Assembly (NCBI RefSeq): GCF_020745735.1 | Contig: NW_026867508.1 | Location: 186,001-250,000, forward strand | DNA: 64,000 nucleotides | Direction: 5' to 3' | DNA from: Hemiscyllium ocellatum | Taxonomy: Eukaryota | In this document: positions 1 through 11,217 of the stretch, in pieces | How the letters are laid out: each line of letters starts with the position of its first letter | Numbering within the stretch: position 1 is the first letter of the stretch | Program-made: the position numbers and the translations under genes | Notes under the pieces: model-generated | Databases searched by the model: none | What the model was told of the DNA's origin: nothing | The model's input: the letters and a program-made list of their open reading frames with translations, nothing else

Positions 1-679
1 GTTGTTATGATAAGTTTTCAGATTGCGCATGGTTTTAAAAACCCCGACATTTTTCGCTCTCATTGGTCCGATGCTGTCAATACAAGAGATTCAAACTCAA
101 TCAGTTTAGTAACCTTGGTACAGCATAAATTAATTGTTTAAATATGTCTTATTGTCAAAACAACAACCAAAATTCAGCTATTCATTTAAGCCATTTGTTA
201 CATGTTGCCACTTTGGAACAGCCAGTAACATCACTGTTCTGTATTCCAGCAGTTGTGGCTGTACTTCAAATTTACTTTAAAATTCAGAACGCACAATCTG
301 TCTTCAAATGAGCATACACTCCTTTGACGTTGTAACATGAAGAATTATCGGGTGATGGTGCATGGACAATTTGAGCCGCATAAATTAGCTTTGGATCAGG
401 ATAACCTGTAACAAAATTAAGAAGTGATGCAGATAGAGAAAAAGAGTCTTCAGAACAAGACTACTGGAAATCTGAGGAATTCTTTCCAATTGATGAAAGA
501 TATTGGGTGAAAGTTATTTTTGCTCTAATGACACTGAGATACTAACACTTATCAGCAAAGTGCAACCATCCGATAACCCAAGACAGCAGATCACTGAAAG
601 TGGGGTTTTAGAATGGGTGTCTTCTATGACAAACTTGCTCCTTTGACAAGATTATGCATTTGTTTTAGAGAGGTCGTAA

Positions 680-2135
680 ATGAAACAAACAGTTGAAATG
701 GGTGATAATGATAATTTCGTCCATAACACAATGTTTGGCTTCCATAATCAATTTCAATCCGTGAGAGATGGAAATTTGAACAAAGAGAATGCCTCACGTG
801 GAAAGGGGAAAGTAGATGTCGGTGAAGATCATAAGGATAATTTATCCAACGGCAAAAAGGAAACCATTGAAGCGGACGGAGAAGTTCAAAATATCCAGTA
901 TTTTCACTGCAAAGAAGTAGGCTACATGAAATCACAATGTTAGTGGTTGAGGAGTAACACTGAGATGATGCGGGAACACAACATAAGGCAGTGAATTTTG
1001 CTGTTGTGGTAACAGAAAGCACAATGGACGCTAGAAAGCTGCACTAGATGTACAAGCCGGTCGGAGTTTGGTTACAGCGTAAATGCCAGATCTTCTTCCA
1101 CCATATACTGTGAAGGTAAGGTTTATTCACATTGGCCACGAACAGCAGGTGAAGAGGTTACAATATTAAGTTACACAGGATCCTTTCAGTCTATGATGCT
1201 GCCTGATGAGGAGATGATGCAAGATGATCAGAGGATTAGATAGAGTAGACAGTGATTTTTTTTTCCTAGAATGATGACGTCAGCTTGTAAGAGAGGGCAT
1301 AACTACAAATTGAGGGGTGATAGATTTAAGACAGATGCCAGCGGCAAGTTCCTTACGTAGAGAGTGGTAAGGGCGTGGAACCTCCTTCCTGCTAATATAG
1401 TCAACTCAGCCACATTAGGGAGATTTAACCAATCCTTAGAAAAGCACATGGATGATTTTGGGATAGTGTAGGGGGACGAGCTGAGAATAGTTCACAGGTT
1501 GGCGCAACATCGAGGGGCGAAGAGCCTGTTCTACGCTGTATTGTTCTGTGTTCTATATTCTATATGTACTTCTGAAGGACTATTGTGAAAAAAAGCACCA
1601 GTAACATAATTAACGGTGAGACAAGAAGTGTTCAATTATGTAAAGTTAGTTTAGAGTGTCCAGTGAAGAATGGAGAATTCGTGGAAGGAGTACTGGGCAA
1701 ACTCTCGTCACCAGGAATACAGTTCGTTGCTCACAATAATGCATGTGTCGACTAGATTCCCAAATGTGTTCCAGTATGCAATATCATATGTAAAAGTATT
1801 GGAAAGGAATTACTCAAATTTGTCACAGGTTACGGACTACCAACAGAAAAAAATCAGATCACAGGTAAAACATCACATCAAAATTATGAAAGGAAGTTAT
1901 GGACAATTTAGGAATAAAACAATTTAAATCTACTGCGTAACATCCAGAATGCAGATAGTGCGAGAAGGGCAGCATCATGTATTACAGACCATGTTGAGGG
2001 CTTATAATCAAGAGTATCTCGATGATTGGAATAACAAAATTCCGTTTGTGCATTTTGCGATCAGAGATGCACGGGTTGCATCCTCAAAATTCAGTCCACT
2101 TGAATTAGATTTTGGCAATGAAGTAAGAGGACAAT
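680..2135 (+). mobile_element. Gmr1-type Ty3/Gypsy LTR retrotransposon fragment (gag zinc knuckle, protease, integrase), degenerate
   Basis: ORF 680-943 ends in the CCHC knuckle remnant FHCKEVGYMKSQC. A protease-like ILSYTGS stretch lies near 1165. ORFs 1670-2135 give integrase motifs (IMHVSTRFP; LQTMLRAY...DDWNNKIPFVHFAIRDA...FSPLELDFGNEVRG). No RT lies between protease and integrase. Confidence 0.75.
1230..1565 (+). mobile_element. CR1-type LINE 3' fragment nested in the Gypsy remnant
   Basis: Encodes RGHNYKLRGDRFKTDASGKFLT.RVVRAWN and ends in a GTTCT(G/A)T-type tail (ttgttctgtgttctatattcta). Confidence 0.8.
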
Positions 2136-2148
2136 TTCTGCATTCGAG

Positions 2149-4960
2149 TGGCGCTGGAAAAGCACAGCAGTTCAGGCAACATCCGAGGAGCAGGAAAATC
2201 GACGTTTCGGGCAAAGCCACTTCATCAGGAATACAGGCAGAGTGCCTGAAGCGTGGAGAGATAAATGAGAGGAGGGTGGGGGTGGGAAGAAAGTAGCATA
2301 GAGCACAGTGGGTGAGTGGGGGTGGGGGTGAAGGTGTTAGGTCAGGGAGGAGGGTGGGGAACGTAGCAAAGAGTACAATGGGTGGATGGGGTGGGATGAA
2401 GGTGATAGGTCAGAGAGGAGGGTGGAGTGGATAGGGGAAAAGAAGATAGGCATGTAGGACAAGTCATGAGGACAGTGCTGAGCAGGAAGTTGGAACTGGG
2501 GTGAGGTGGAGGAAGGGGAAATGAGGAAACTGGTGAAGTCCACATTGAGTCCCTAGGGTTGGAGTGTTCCGTGGCAGAAGATGAGGCGTTCTTCCTCCAG
2601 GCGTCGGGTGGTGAGAGAGCAGCGGTGAAGGAGGCCCAGGACCTCCATGTCCTTGGCAGAGTGGAAGGGGGAGTTGAAATGTTGGACCACAGGGCGGTGT
2701 GGTTGATTGGTGCGGTTGTTCCAGAGGTGCTCCCTAAAGCACTGTGCTAGGAGGCGTCCAGTCTCCCCAATGTAGAGGAGACCGCATCAGGAGCAATGAT
2801 ACAGTAAATGATATTGGTGGATGTGCAAGTAAAACTTTGATGGATGCGGAAGGCTCCAGTCGTGCCTTGGATGGAGGTGAGGGAGGAGGTGTGGGAGCAG
2901 GTTTTGCTATTTCTGCGGTGGCAGGGGAAGGTGCCAGGGCGGGAGGGTGGGTTGTTGGGGGGCGTGGACCTGAACAGGTAGTCACGAAGGGAACGGTCTT
3001 TGTGGAAGGTGGAAAGGGGTGGGGAGGGAAATATATCCCTGGTGGTGGTGTCCGTTTGGTGGTGGTGGAAATGTCGGTGGATCATTTGGTTTATGAGATG
3101 TTTGGTAGGATGGATGGTGAGCACCAGGGGGGGTTCTATCCTTGTTATGGTTGGAGGGGTGGGGTCTGAAGGCGGAAGTGTAGGATGTGGACGAGATGCG
3201 TTGGACGGCGTCTTTAGCCACGTGGGAAGGAAAATTGCGGTCTCTAAAGAAGGAGGCCATCTGGTGTGTTCTGTGGTGGAACTGGTCCTCCTCGGAGCAG
3301 ACAAGGCGGAGCCGGAGGAATTAGAAGTACGGGATGGCATTTTTGCAGGATGTAGGGTGAGAAGAGGTATTATCTAGGTAGCTGTGGGAATCGTGTTTGT
3401 AAAAGAATGTTGGTGCCAAGTCGGTCGTCATTAATAGAGATGAAGGGGTCTAGGAAGGGGAGGGAGGGGTCAGAGATGATCCAGGTAAATTTAAGGTCAA
3501 GGTGGAATGTGTTGGTGAAGTTGTTGAATTGCTCAACCTTCTCGCATGAGCACGAGGTGGTGCCAATGCAGCCATCAATGTAGCGGAGGAAGAGGTGGGG
3601 TGTGGTGCCGGTGGAATTACGGAAGATCAACTGTTCTGTGTAGCCAACAAAGAGACTAGCATAGCTGGGGCCCATACGGGTGCCCATGGCTACCCCTTTG
3701 GTCGGGAGGAAGTGGAAGGATTTGAAGGAGAAATTGTTAAGGGTGAGGACTAGTTCGGCCAAACGAATGAGAGTGTCGGTGGAGGGGTACTGTTGGGGAC
3801 GTCGGGAGAGGAAGGAGGGCTTGGACGCCCTGGTCATAGGCGGATGGAGGCGTAGAGGGATTGGATATCCATGGTGAAGATGAGGCGTTATGGGTCGGGG
3901 AAACTGAAGTCATGGAGGAGGTGGAGGGCATGGATGGTGTCTCGAGCGGATGTGGGGGTTTCCAGGACTAGGGGATATAGGACAGTGTCGAGGTAGGTAG
4001 AGATGAATTCAGTGGGGCAGGAGCATGTTGAGACAATGTGTAAGCCAGGGTTGTCAGGCTTGTGGATTTTGGGAAGGAGGTAGAACCGGGCAGTGCGGGG
4101 TTCCCGGACTATGAGGTTGTAAGCTGTGGGTGGGAGATCTCCTGAAGTGATGAGGTTCTGTGTGGTCTGGGAGATGATGATTCATTGATGGGGGCTGGGG
4201 TCATGATCGAGGGGGCGGTAGGAAGAGGTGTCCTCCAGTTGGGGTCTGTCTTCAGTGGTGTCGAGATCAGTGCACCAGACTACCACTGCACCCCCTTTAT
4301 CTACTGGCTTGATGGTGAGGTCGAGATTGGAGCAGAGGGAGTGGAGGACAGTCCGTTGTGAGGGTGAGAGGTTGGAGTGGGAGTGGGGGTAGATAGGTTG
4401 AGACGGTTAATGTCCCGGCGGCAATTGGAAATGAAGAGGTCAAGGGCGGGTAATAGGCAAGCACGTGGTGTGCAGTTGGATGGAGTGTGTTGGAGGCGGG
4501 AGAAGGTGTCCTCGGAAGGTGGGTGGGAGAACTGATTGTAAAAGTAAGCTCGGAGGTGGAGGCGGCAGAAGAAATGTTTGACATCATGGCGTGTATTAAA
4601 TTTATTGATACGTGGGCAGAGGGGTTTGGAAGTGAATCCTTTGCTGAGTACTGATCTTTCGTCCTGAGTGAATGGGAGGTCTGGACGGATGTTAGAACTC
4701 GGCAGGGCTGAGAGCTGGGATCTGGTGTCGATGTGGAGCTGGGAGTAGGGGCGGAGCCTGTAACTGGAGTGGGCGTGGTGTTAGAGGGAATTGGGTGGAG
4801 TCATGAGCAGGAGAGGTGTTCCCCATAGGGTCCTGGGGGTGGGGATGGTGACAGTGGGATCTGTGGAAGGCGTGTCAGAAGAATGCAGGTGAGTGGCGTT
4901 GTTGGGGGCGGAAGTGATGGCAAACACAGCAGTGGGGAGCTGGAAGGCCATCAGATGTGA
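2149..4960 (-). mobile_element. Penelope-like retroelement (RT + GIY-YIG endonuclease) with pLTR end, frameshifted
   Basis: Minus-strand ORFs contain GVAMGTRMGPSYASLFVGY and FLRYIDGC (RT), and CHRRNSKTC...FTCTSTNIIYCI (GIY-YIG). The terminal repeat at 2149-2235 matches the palindromic element at 8101-8284. Confidence 0.9.
2199..2230 (-). ncRNA. Minimal hammerhead ribozyme motif in the Penelope pLTR
   Basis: The minus strand reads TTC-CTGATGA-A-GTGGCTTTGCCC-GAAAC-GTC-GA: a CUGANGA/GAAA core, a stem II with one bulge, and a GUC site. Confidence 0.55.
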
Positions 4961-7900
4961 TTATCAAGATTGATAAACTTTCAGTCTACGCAGCTCCAAA
5001 CTAGATTTCTGGGAAAGTCTGCTGGTCATTTATGAAAAGTAATTAATCCTGAATACATTCGTTGGGGCATTGCAATGTTATCCAGTTGAATTCAACCAGG
5101 AAGTGAGTCATGGGCGTTAGCAGCACCAAAACCAAGAGACGTTCTAACCTGAGTGAGGTCACAATGAACTTGATACCCTTAAAAGGTTGAGGTCATCTTG
5201 AGGCTGTCTCACTGCAGTTACTTAGGTCACTATGGACCTGTCCCCACGCAGTGAGTTCATAATGGGCTTGTACCTATGCAGTGAGTGAGGTCATAATGGA
5301 AAAATTTATCTGTGACTCTGGTTTTAGACACTGTATTGTCTGGGTGAACTGAACATCTTGAAGAATAAGTTAAACAGTGTCTGTGTTCGCTCTTTTCTTC
5401 GCAACTCACTCTCTTTGCATTCAAGGTTTCTTACAGAAGTGTACTCCAAACGTTTTTGATTAAAGAAATAGTTTTCTTTTAATTGAAAGACTCTGTGTTA
5501 GTTATGTCCATGAAAGCACATTGTTCAACGTCTGACGTCGTGTTTGATATTATTAATGAGGTGAAATAGCCATATAATGGACCACGAGGAAAATTATATA
5601 CTCCACATGCTCGCTCACGTATAAACTCGCTTGAATGGATACTAGCAACTAATTCATATTCTATTCGTCTGTGCCCACTGTGGGGCTACGTGCAAATCGA
5701 GTCACTGAGCATCTGGAGACCATAGTCATGAAGAGCGTCTGTGAAGATGGATTGTGACTATAGAAACCTGGACACACCCTACATGCAGTGGTATCTGCAG
5801 AAACTGGTACACATTCCTAAACTGATTTTTACCGAAGTAGTTACGTTTGACGATGAGGAATTGTCAGGACTACATGTAAGGCAACTGTAGACATCTGTTG
5901 TGAGTACTGTTAACTCAATATAAGCAGTCTGAGTGCGAAATGTATAATGGTCTATTACAATACTAAAAGGCATGGAATCAGATAACAGTGAAAAGCTTGG
6001 AGAACTCAGTGATTACTTCCAGCTTTATCCCACTCGTGCCTTATCTGATGGTGTACTTAGATCTCGCCTTCATAGAGAAGGAAAACTAGTAGACTTACTT
6101 ATTGGAAGATTACATAACGATCCTGTCCAAAAGACCTTTAGAATATGTTAAACATTATCTCGATTTAACGATTTATATGATAAATAGGTCAGATCGTAAC
6201 AGGAATCCTGACATGGATACATAGATACTGTAATCCGTCAAATACTGAGCACTTACAACTGCAAATGAGGGACTGATATTCCAGTACAGTTACCTCACGT
6301 AACGTAGCAATACTAAGTCTGCACCACTCAGTTCTGTACCAAAACCGACGTTATCTAAGTTGATGTATGGATTTAACATATTAATACATCATCACAATAG
6401 ACTCGTAATGTGACACTATTATGAGGAAACTTTAGAGAACACGGTTTCTGCCTCAGACTTCAAGAGTTTTTTTTTCAGTACATGGCATGAAACAAGAGTG
6501 TAGCCATTTTTATTTCCTGTAGTGAAGTTAGACACAGTCCTCTAGCCTACAGCTAAGGGTACTATCTCTGAACCATAATAACCCATAAAATATTTTGAAA
6601 CCTGACACATATTAAATTGTAACCCAAGACAGGGACAGGTTTCACTTATTGGCAGATCGTGGCCTTATTTTCGTGCTTCATTTCCTTCTGTTGCCAGTAT
6701 CAGTCGACAAATGGACGAAACAGCAGCTTAGAACTTAGAACATAGGAAACAATACAGCACAGAATAGGGACTTTGGCTCTCAGTGTTGCTTTATCCTACT
6801 TTACCCTACTCTATATGAAACTCACCCTCAAACTCTTTTTTCCCCCAAACATTCACGGTGGCTATCCAAGAGTCGTTTAAATGTCCCCGATGTATCTGAC
6901 TCTTCTGGCAATTATGGTAGTATATTCCACGCACCCAACACTCTCTGTGTAAAGAAACGACCTCTGAAATCTCCCCTAAACCTTCATCCAAGCCACTTCA
7001 TGATAGCCATTTCCGTCTTTGGAGAACGTCACTGGCTATCCACTCTATCTATGCCTCACATCACAGCTTGTTTTAAATTGTGAAATCACAAGGAATCTAT
7101 GACACAGTGTACTAAGGACACAGAAGTTAAGTGACAATGCCTTATTCTAGACTGTAACTGATCGTAAGAGTATCTAAAATAAGACAATCTCTGTCCTGAA
7201 ATGCATAGATATACTTTTTGTAACTGAACACTGGTCATGCTCATTGGGCTCTACAGCCACTGACGTCATTCTCGAAACAACATTATCATATACCCTGAGA
7301 CCTGGTGAAACTTCAATGCAAGCTGCCCACATCGAGGTCAGGGATGCTACCAATGTGCAATAAGGACCCTAAATCTGAACCTTGCATTATCAGAATAAGA
7401 ACATTTAGCTGCTTTGATGGAAGACTCAAAATGTAATTTCTGCAAATGCGTAACAATCTCCGACTCAGGACAATGCGAAACTGCTGTACTGCCATCAGTC
7501 TGTGTCAAGTATATCTATAGCAAGAGTGAAATAGAATGCGTTTTACCATACACCATGAAGTACTGTCAGGATCCTCAATTCATTTTCATTTCAACTGTTC
7601 ATAGTAACACATATTCCCTATCAAACATGCAATGAAGACATTTCATTTCAGTGAACCTCAGACACCGTCTGCTCAAAATTTTCAGACTAAATCCATTTCA
7701 AAGACAAACATCGTGGCTGCTAGGCATCAAGTGCCCGTTATGAAAGAACAATCTAAGCACTGCTTTGAAAAGGAAATATTGCAGATTTATGCCTTGCATG
7801 AATGAGGACAAGTGCAAGAATTCCAAAGTTCAATTGCAGTATCAATTTCAAATACAGGTTATTACCGGTTTCAATTTCAATTCATTTCTCGTCGTCCTAC

Positions 7901-8100
7901 GTTGACGTGCTGAATTGCAGAATAGAGATGCAGTTCGTTGATTGGCTGACATGCAGAACAATGCATTTGTCAATTGATTGGGTGTTGTCTGGTGTCTCTG
8001 TCCCGAACAAAATATGAGCAGAGACACGGATATCAGGTACATCTTCAGATATTGACGAATAACCATTTCAGGAAGAACCAGTTTCTTTTGCTGGAGAACA

Positions 8101-8284
8101 GAGTTGAAAATTGTGCTGCTGGAAATACACAGCAGGCCAGGTAGCATCCGAGAAGCAGGAGAATCGATGTTTCGGGCATAAGCCCTTCTTCCTGAAGAAA
8201 GGCTTATGCGCGAAACGCCGATTCTCCTGCTCCTCGGATGCTGCCTGGCCTGCTGTGTATTTCCAGCACCATGTTTTTCAACTC
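8101..8284. mobile_element. Palindromic non-autonomous Penelope-LTR-derived element
   Basis: Near-perfect inverted repeat with arms of about 90 bp (gagttgaaaa...cccttctt / cctgaagaaagg...tttttcaactc). It contains a degenerate CTGAAGA...GAAAC motif and is absent from the paralogous unit. Confidence 0.8.
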
Positions 8285-9358
8285 CTTCAGGTAAATGAAA
8301 ACATGCGTTCAGTGAACGTTTGGAGAAACACGATTTAGTACGATCCTAACACACCGATTTGAATTCATTACTTTAATAGACACAGGACTCATTAATCTAC
8401 TGATTATCCACAGATGCCCCTCTTCATTACAGCAGGTACCTGTGAGGATCCACTTCCGTTAGATTTCGCTGGATGTCAATTGATGGAATTTGAATTAATC
8501 ATTTGATGCAGCAGTATATAGTGTGACAAAGATTGCATTTTTATTGCAAAATATATGCTTCTCGTGAAATCTGTAAACTGATAGACAAAACAGTTCGAAT
8601 TGTAAGATACAGGATGTAATAAAATTAAAATTTTCAACACGCAGAATGTTTCACTCTTAGCACCCTCTTCAGAATTGCTTTTTCACAACTTTTGTTCTGT
8701 TTGCTGTCTATAGGTAGATGTCCAAAACAGCCCATTGTGGATTTCAAATGTGTATCTTCCATTCACTCAGCATTTCCCATTACTGTTGAATAAAAAGTAT
8801 TAAACATATCGCCTGGGAGTGGATTTAAAAATGTAAGTTTGTGAGATGGCTGACTCTGTGGATTGTTCTGATGACTTTTTTCAAATCTGTGAATTGAGGA
8901 ATGAGGTATTTATTTTATATATTTGCTACTCAGTCTGCAACTCATCTAAATGGCATGGCTCTATATCTGAACTACCATACTGAAAAGCAAGTTTTATGTC
9001 ATGAATAGGTCCCTCATGAAATTTGTTTCTCTATCTATGGACAAAGGTCACTGACAGGAGGGATGAGAACGCAAGGTATTGAAAATGTTTGGTGGGAAAC
9101 TAAATCAGAAACAGAGCTTCACTGATGGGTTTGTGCAGTTCATTCCTAGCACGTTTACATCGAAGCTAACATATTGATATGGCTCTCAAAAGTAACTAAC
9201 GTTTATTTATCGTGCACTTTTTTTCCTCGGTTAAAGATTCCCCCCCCGTCCCCCCCCACCCACCTCTCTGTGACTCTTCCTCTGGGGTTGAATGGTTCTT
9301 TCTGTTTCTCCATATGAAAGAACCTTTCGGTGAGCTCGAACTGTCATGTTCAGAGAGA

Positions 9359-9857
9359 GGCTTTGAAGGGGCTGTGTCATAACTCTCAATCATAGAAATC
9401 CATGTCTGAGTCTGAGTTGATGGCCTTGTTGATTGCTTACTCTGTATTCTTCGTGTATTTAGTAAATGTGAAAGAGAATCGTTTAGCAAAGTCAGGATTC
9501 CTCTTTGCAATCTCTGCTGCAAGTATATAACTTATGTATTATAGAGGATGCCCTGAGAACTGATTGTGCCAGTAGAGGTCGGGGCTGGATCACTTGACTT
9601 CAAACTGCACGTTACTGTGACATTGCCTCTGTGTTTAACCGCTGTTTCAGGGACTGACTGTTCCACATGTCTTGATGACTCCATTCTAAGATAAACGAAA
9701 AACAGTATTCAAAATTATGTTCATTACAATCATTCGTTTCCTACTAATAGCATGTGAGTTGGAAACATCTGTGTCAGGAGGAATTGAATGTTACTGGGAA
9801 GAAACATTTACTGAGAATTTAGAGAACGATGAGCATTGGTGCCAGAAGTTTCCTCGT
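9359..9857 (-). pseudogene. TCR alpha/delta V pseudogene (leader 9812-9857, V exon about 9393-9685)
   Basis: Paralog of the V at 17592-18071. The leader start is ACG with an in-frame TAA. The V exon reads WSHQDM.EQ...GNVTVTCSLKSSDP...KRNPDFAKRFSFTFTK with stops and frameshift. The Cys104 codon and RSS heptamer are deleted. Confidence 0.9.
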
Positions 9858-11052
9858 GATGAACTATGGGTTTGTAATTCTGCATTCTGGAATACCCTTT
9901 GTTTGAGATCCTGATCAAAACCGTTGTTGCAAAGAATAACAGTGATGTCTAGAGCAATATCTATGGTATCACAGGGAAGGGAAGTCGTGTCAGAGCCAAG
10001 GGCATCAAAAGAAAGCTCAAGGCAGAACTGCAGCAGACTCGGCTCTGAGTGAACTCATTGATCCGTGTGAGAGCAGAAGGAATGCAACGCCGAACAACTG
10101 CAACTGGACATCTTGGATGTTGTGAAGTCGGTGACCACCCCACCACACATCAGGGCAGCACTGGTGAACAAATGGAGAAGGAGCGAATAACTGATCAAGG
10201 ATTGCGTTACTACACAATACAAATGGAAGGTATTCCTACCATTGTGTCTGTGGCTGCTCTTTGAAAGAGAAAGTATAATTATTTTCACAGCCACAGTAAT
10301 TGCCACATTCTGTACTTGTACAGGTTTTAACACTTTCTATGTGTGTTGAATGAAATCCCACTTACATTGGGAATTCTAGATTATAATAAGGCTTAAACTA
10401 TAAAAGAAGCTGTGTTTCTCTTATTTGTCAACTCTCTTGATGGTGTTGCATATATCACTGATATCTAAACAAGTGAAAACAATTTGGCATGATGGATCCA
10501 ATCAACCAAGCTTTACAGCGCTCAGCAGCTCAGTAAAGTTTTAGTTAACCTTAATGTGGCATGAGGGCAATAATATTGTCTTGACTAAAATTCGATTGAA
10601 ATTCGAGTTTCGATTGAAAGGACAGGATCAAATGTTAATAGAATGCACAGACATAAATGTTCCCATTGGTGAACGCTTCAATGACCGCTGCATAAATTTA
10701 AAGTAAGAGGCATTATTAGATTCAGGGTAAGTGTGAAGAGCTTTTAGTCATCTGATGCGTTTCCAAAATCAGAAAGCCATTCTTTGAGGATGGTAGAGGC
10801 AAAACCCCTGTTAGCATTTGGCAATCCTTTCAACATGTACATGCGATGCCAAGTAATCCAAAGGAATTGGCCAATTTTTGGAAGATGGGATTGGAATAGT
10901 CAATTGCTGGTCAATGACCAGCGCAGATTTGATGGTCCACGGGATATTTTCATGTGCTGCAAAATTCTTTGCCTGTACTATTCTATGTCTCGTTCTGCAC
11001 GTTTCGGTGTCTGAATGTCTGCTTTTTCATTCTCCTGTTTGTGCGTGTAAGT

Positions 11053-11217
11053 NNNNNNNNNNNNNNNNNNNNNNNNNNNNNNNNNNNNNNNNNNNNNNNN
11101 NNNNNNNNNNNNNNNNNNNNNNNNNNNNNNNNNNNNNNNNNNNNNNNNNNNNNNNNNNNNNNNNNNNNNNNNNNNNNNNNNNNNNNNNNNNNNNNNNNNN
11201 NNNNNNNNNNNNNNNNN
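11053..11217. other. Assembly gap (165 N)
   Basis: Run of N. Confidence 1.

Larger units (their letters stand above)
5520..10590. repeat. Segmental duplication unit 1 (paralogous to 12395-18815)
   Basis: Collinear similarity throughout, e.g. gaggtgaaatagccatata near 5558 and 12429, and matching V-gene regions. Roughly 70-80% identity by eye. Confidence 0.85.

Noticed and set aside
150-410. Minus-strand acceptor followed by GYPDPKL (B7 C-domain-like)
   Set aside because: Multiple stops and no second diagnostic motif; too weak.
2337-3377. Long Pro-rich or Gly-rich ORFs on both strands
   Set aside because: These are alternative or antisense frames of the Penelope element.
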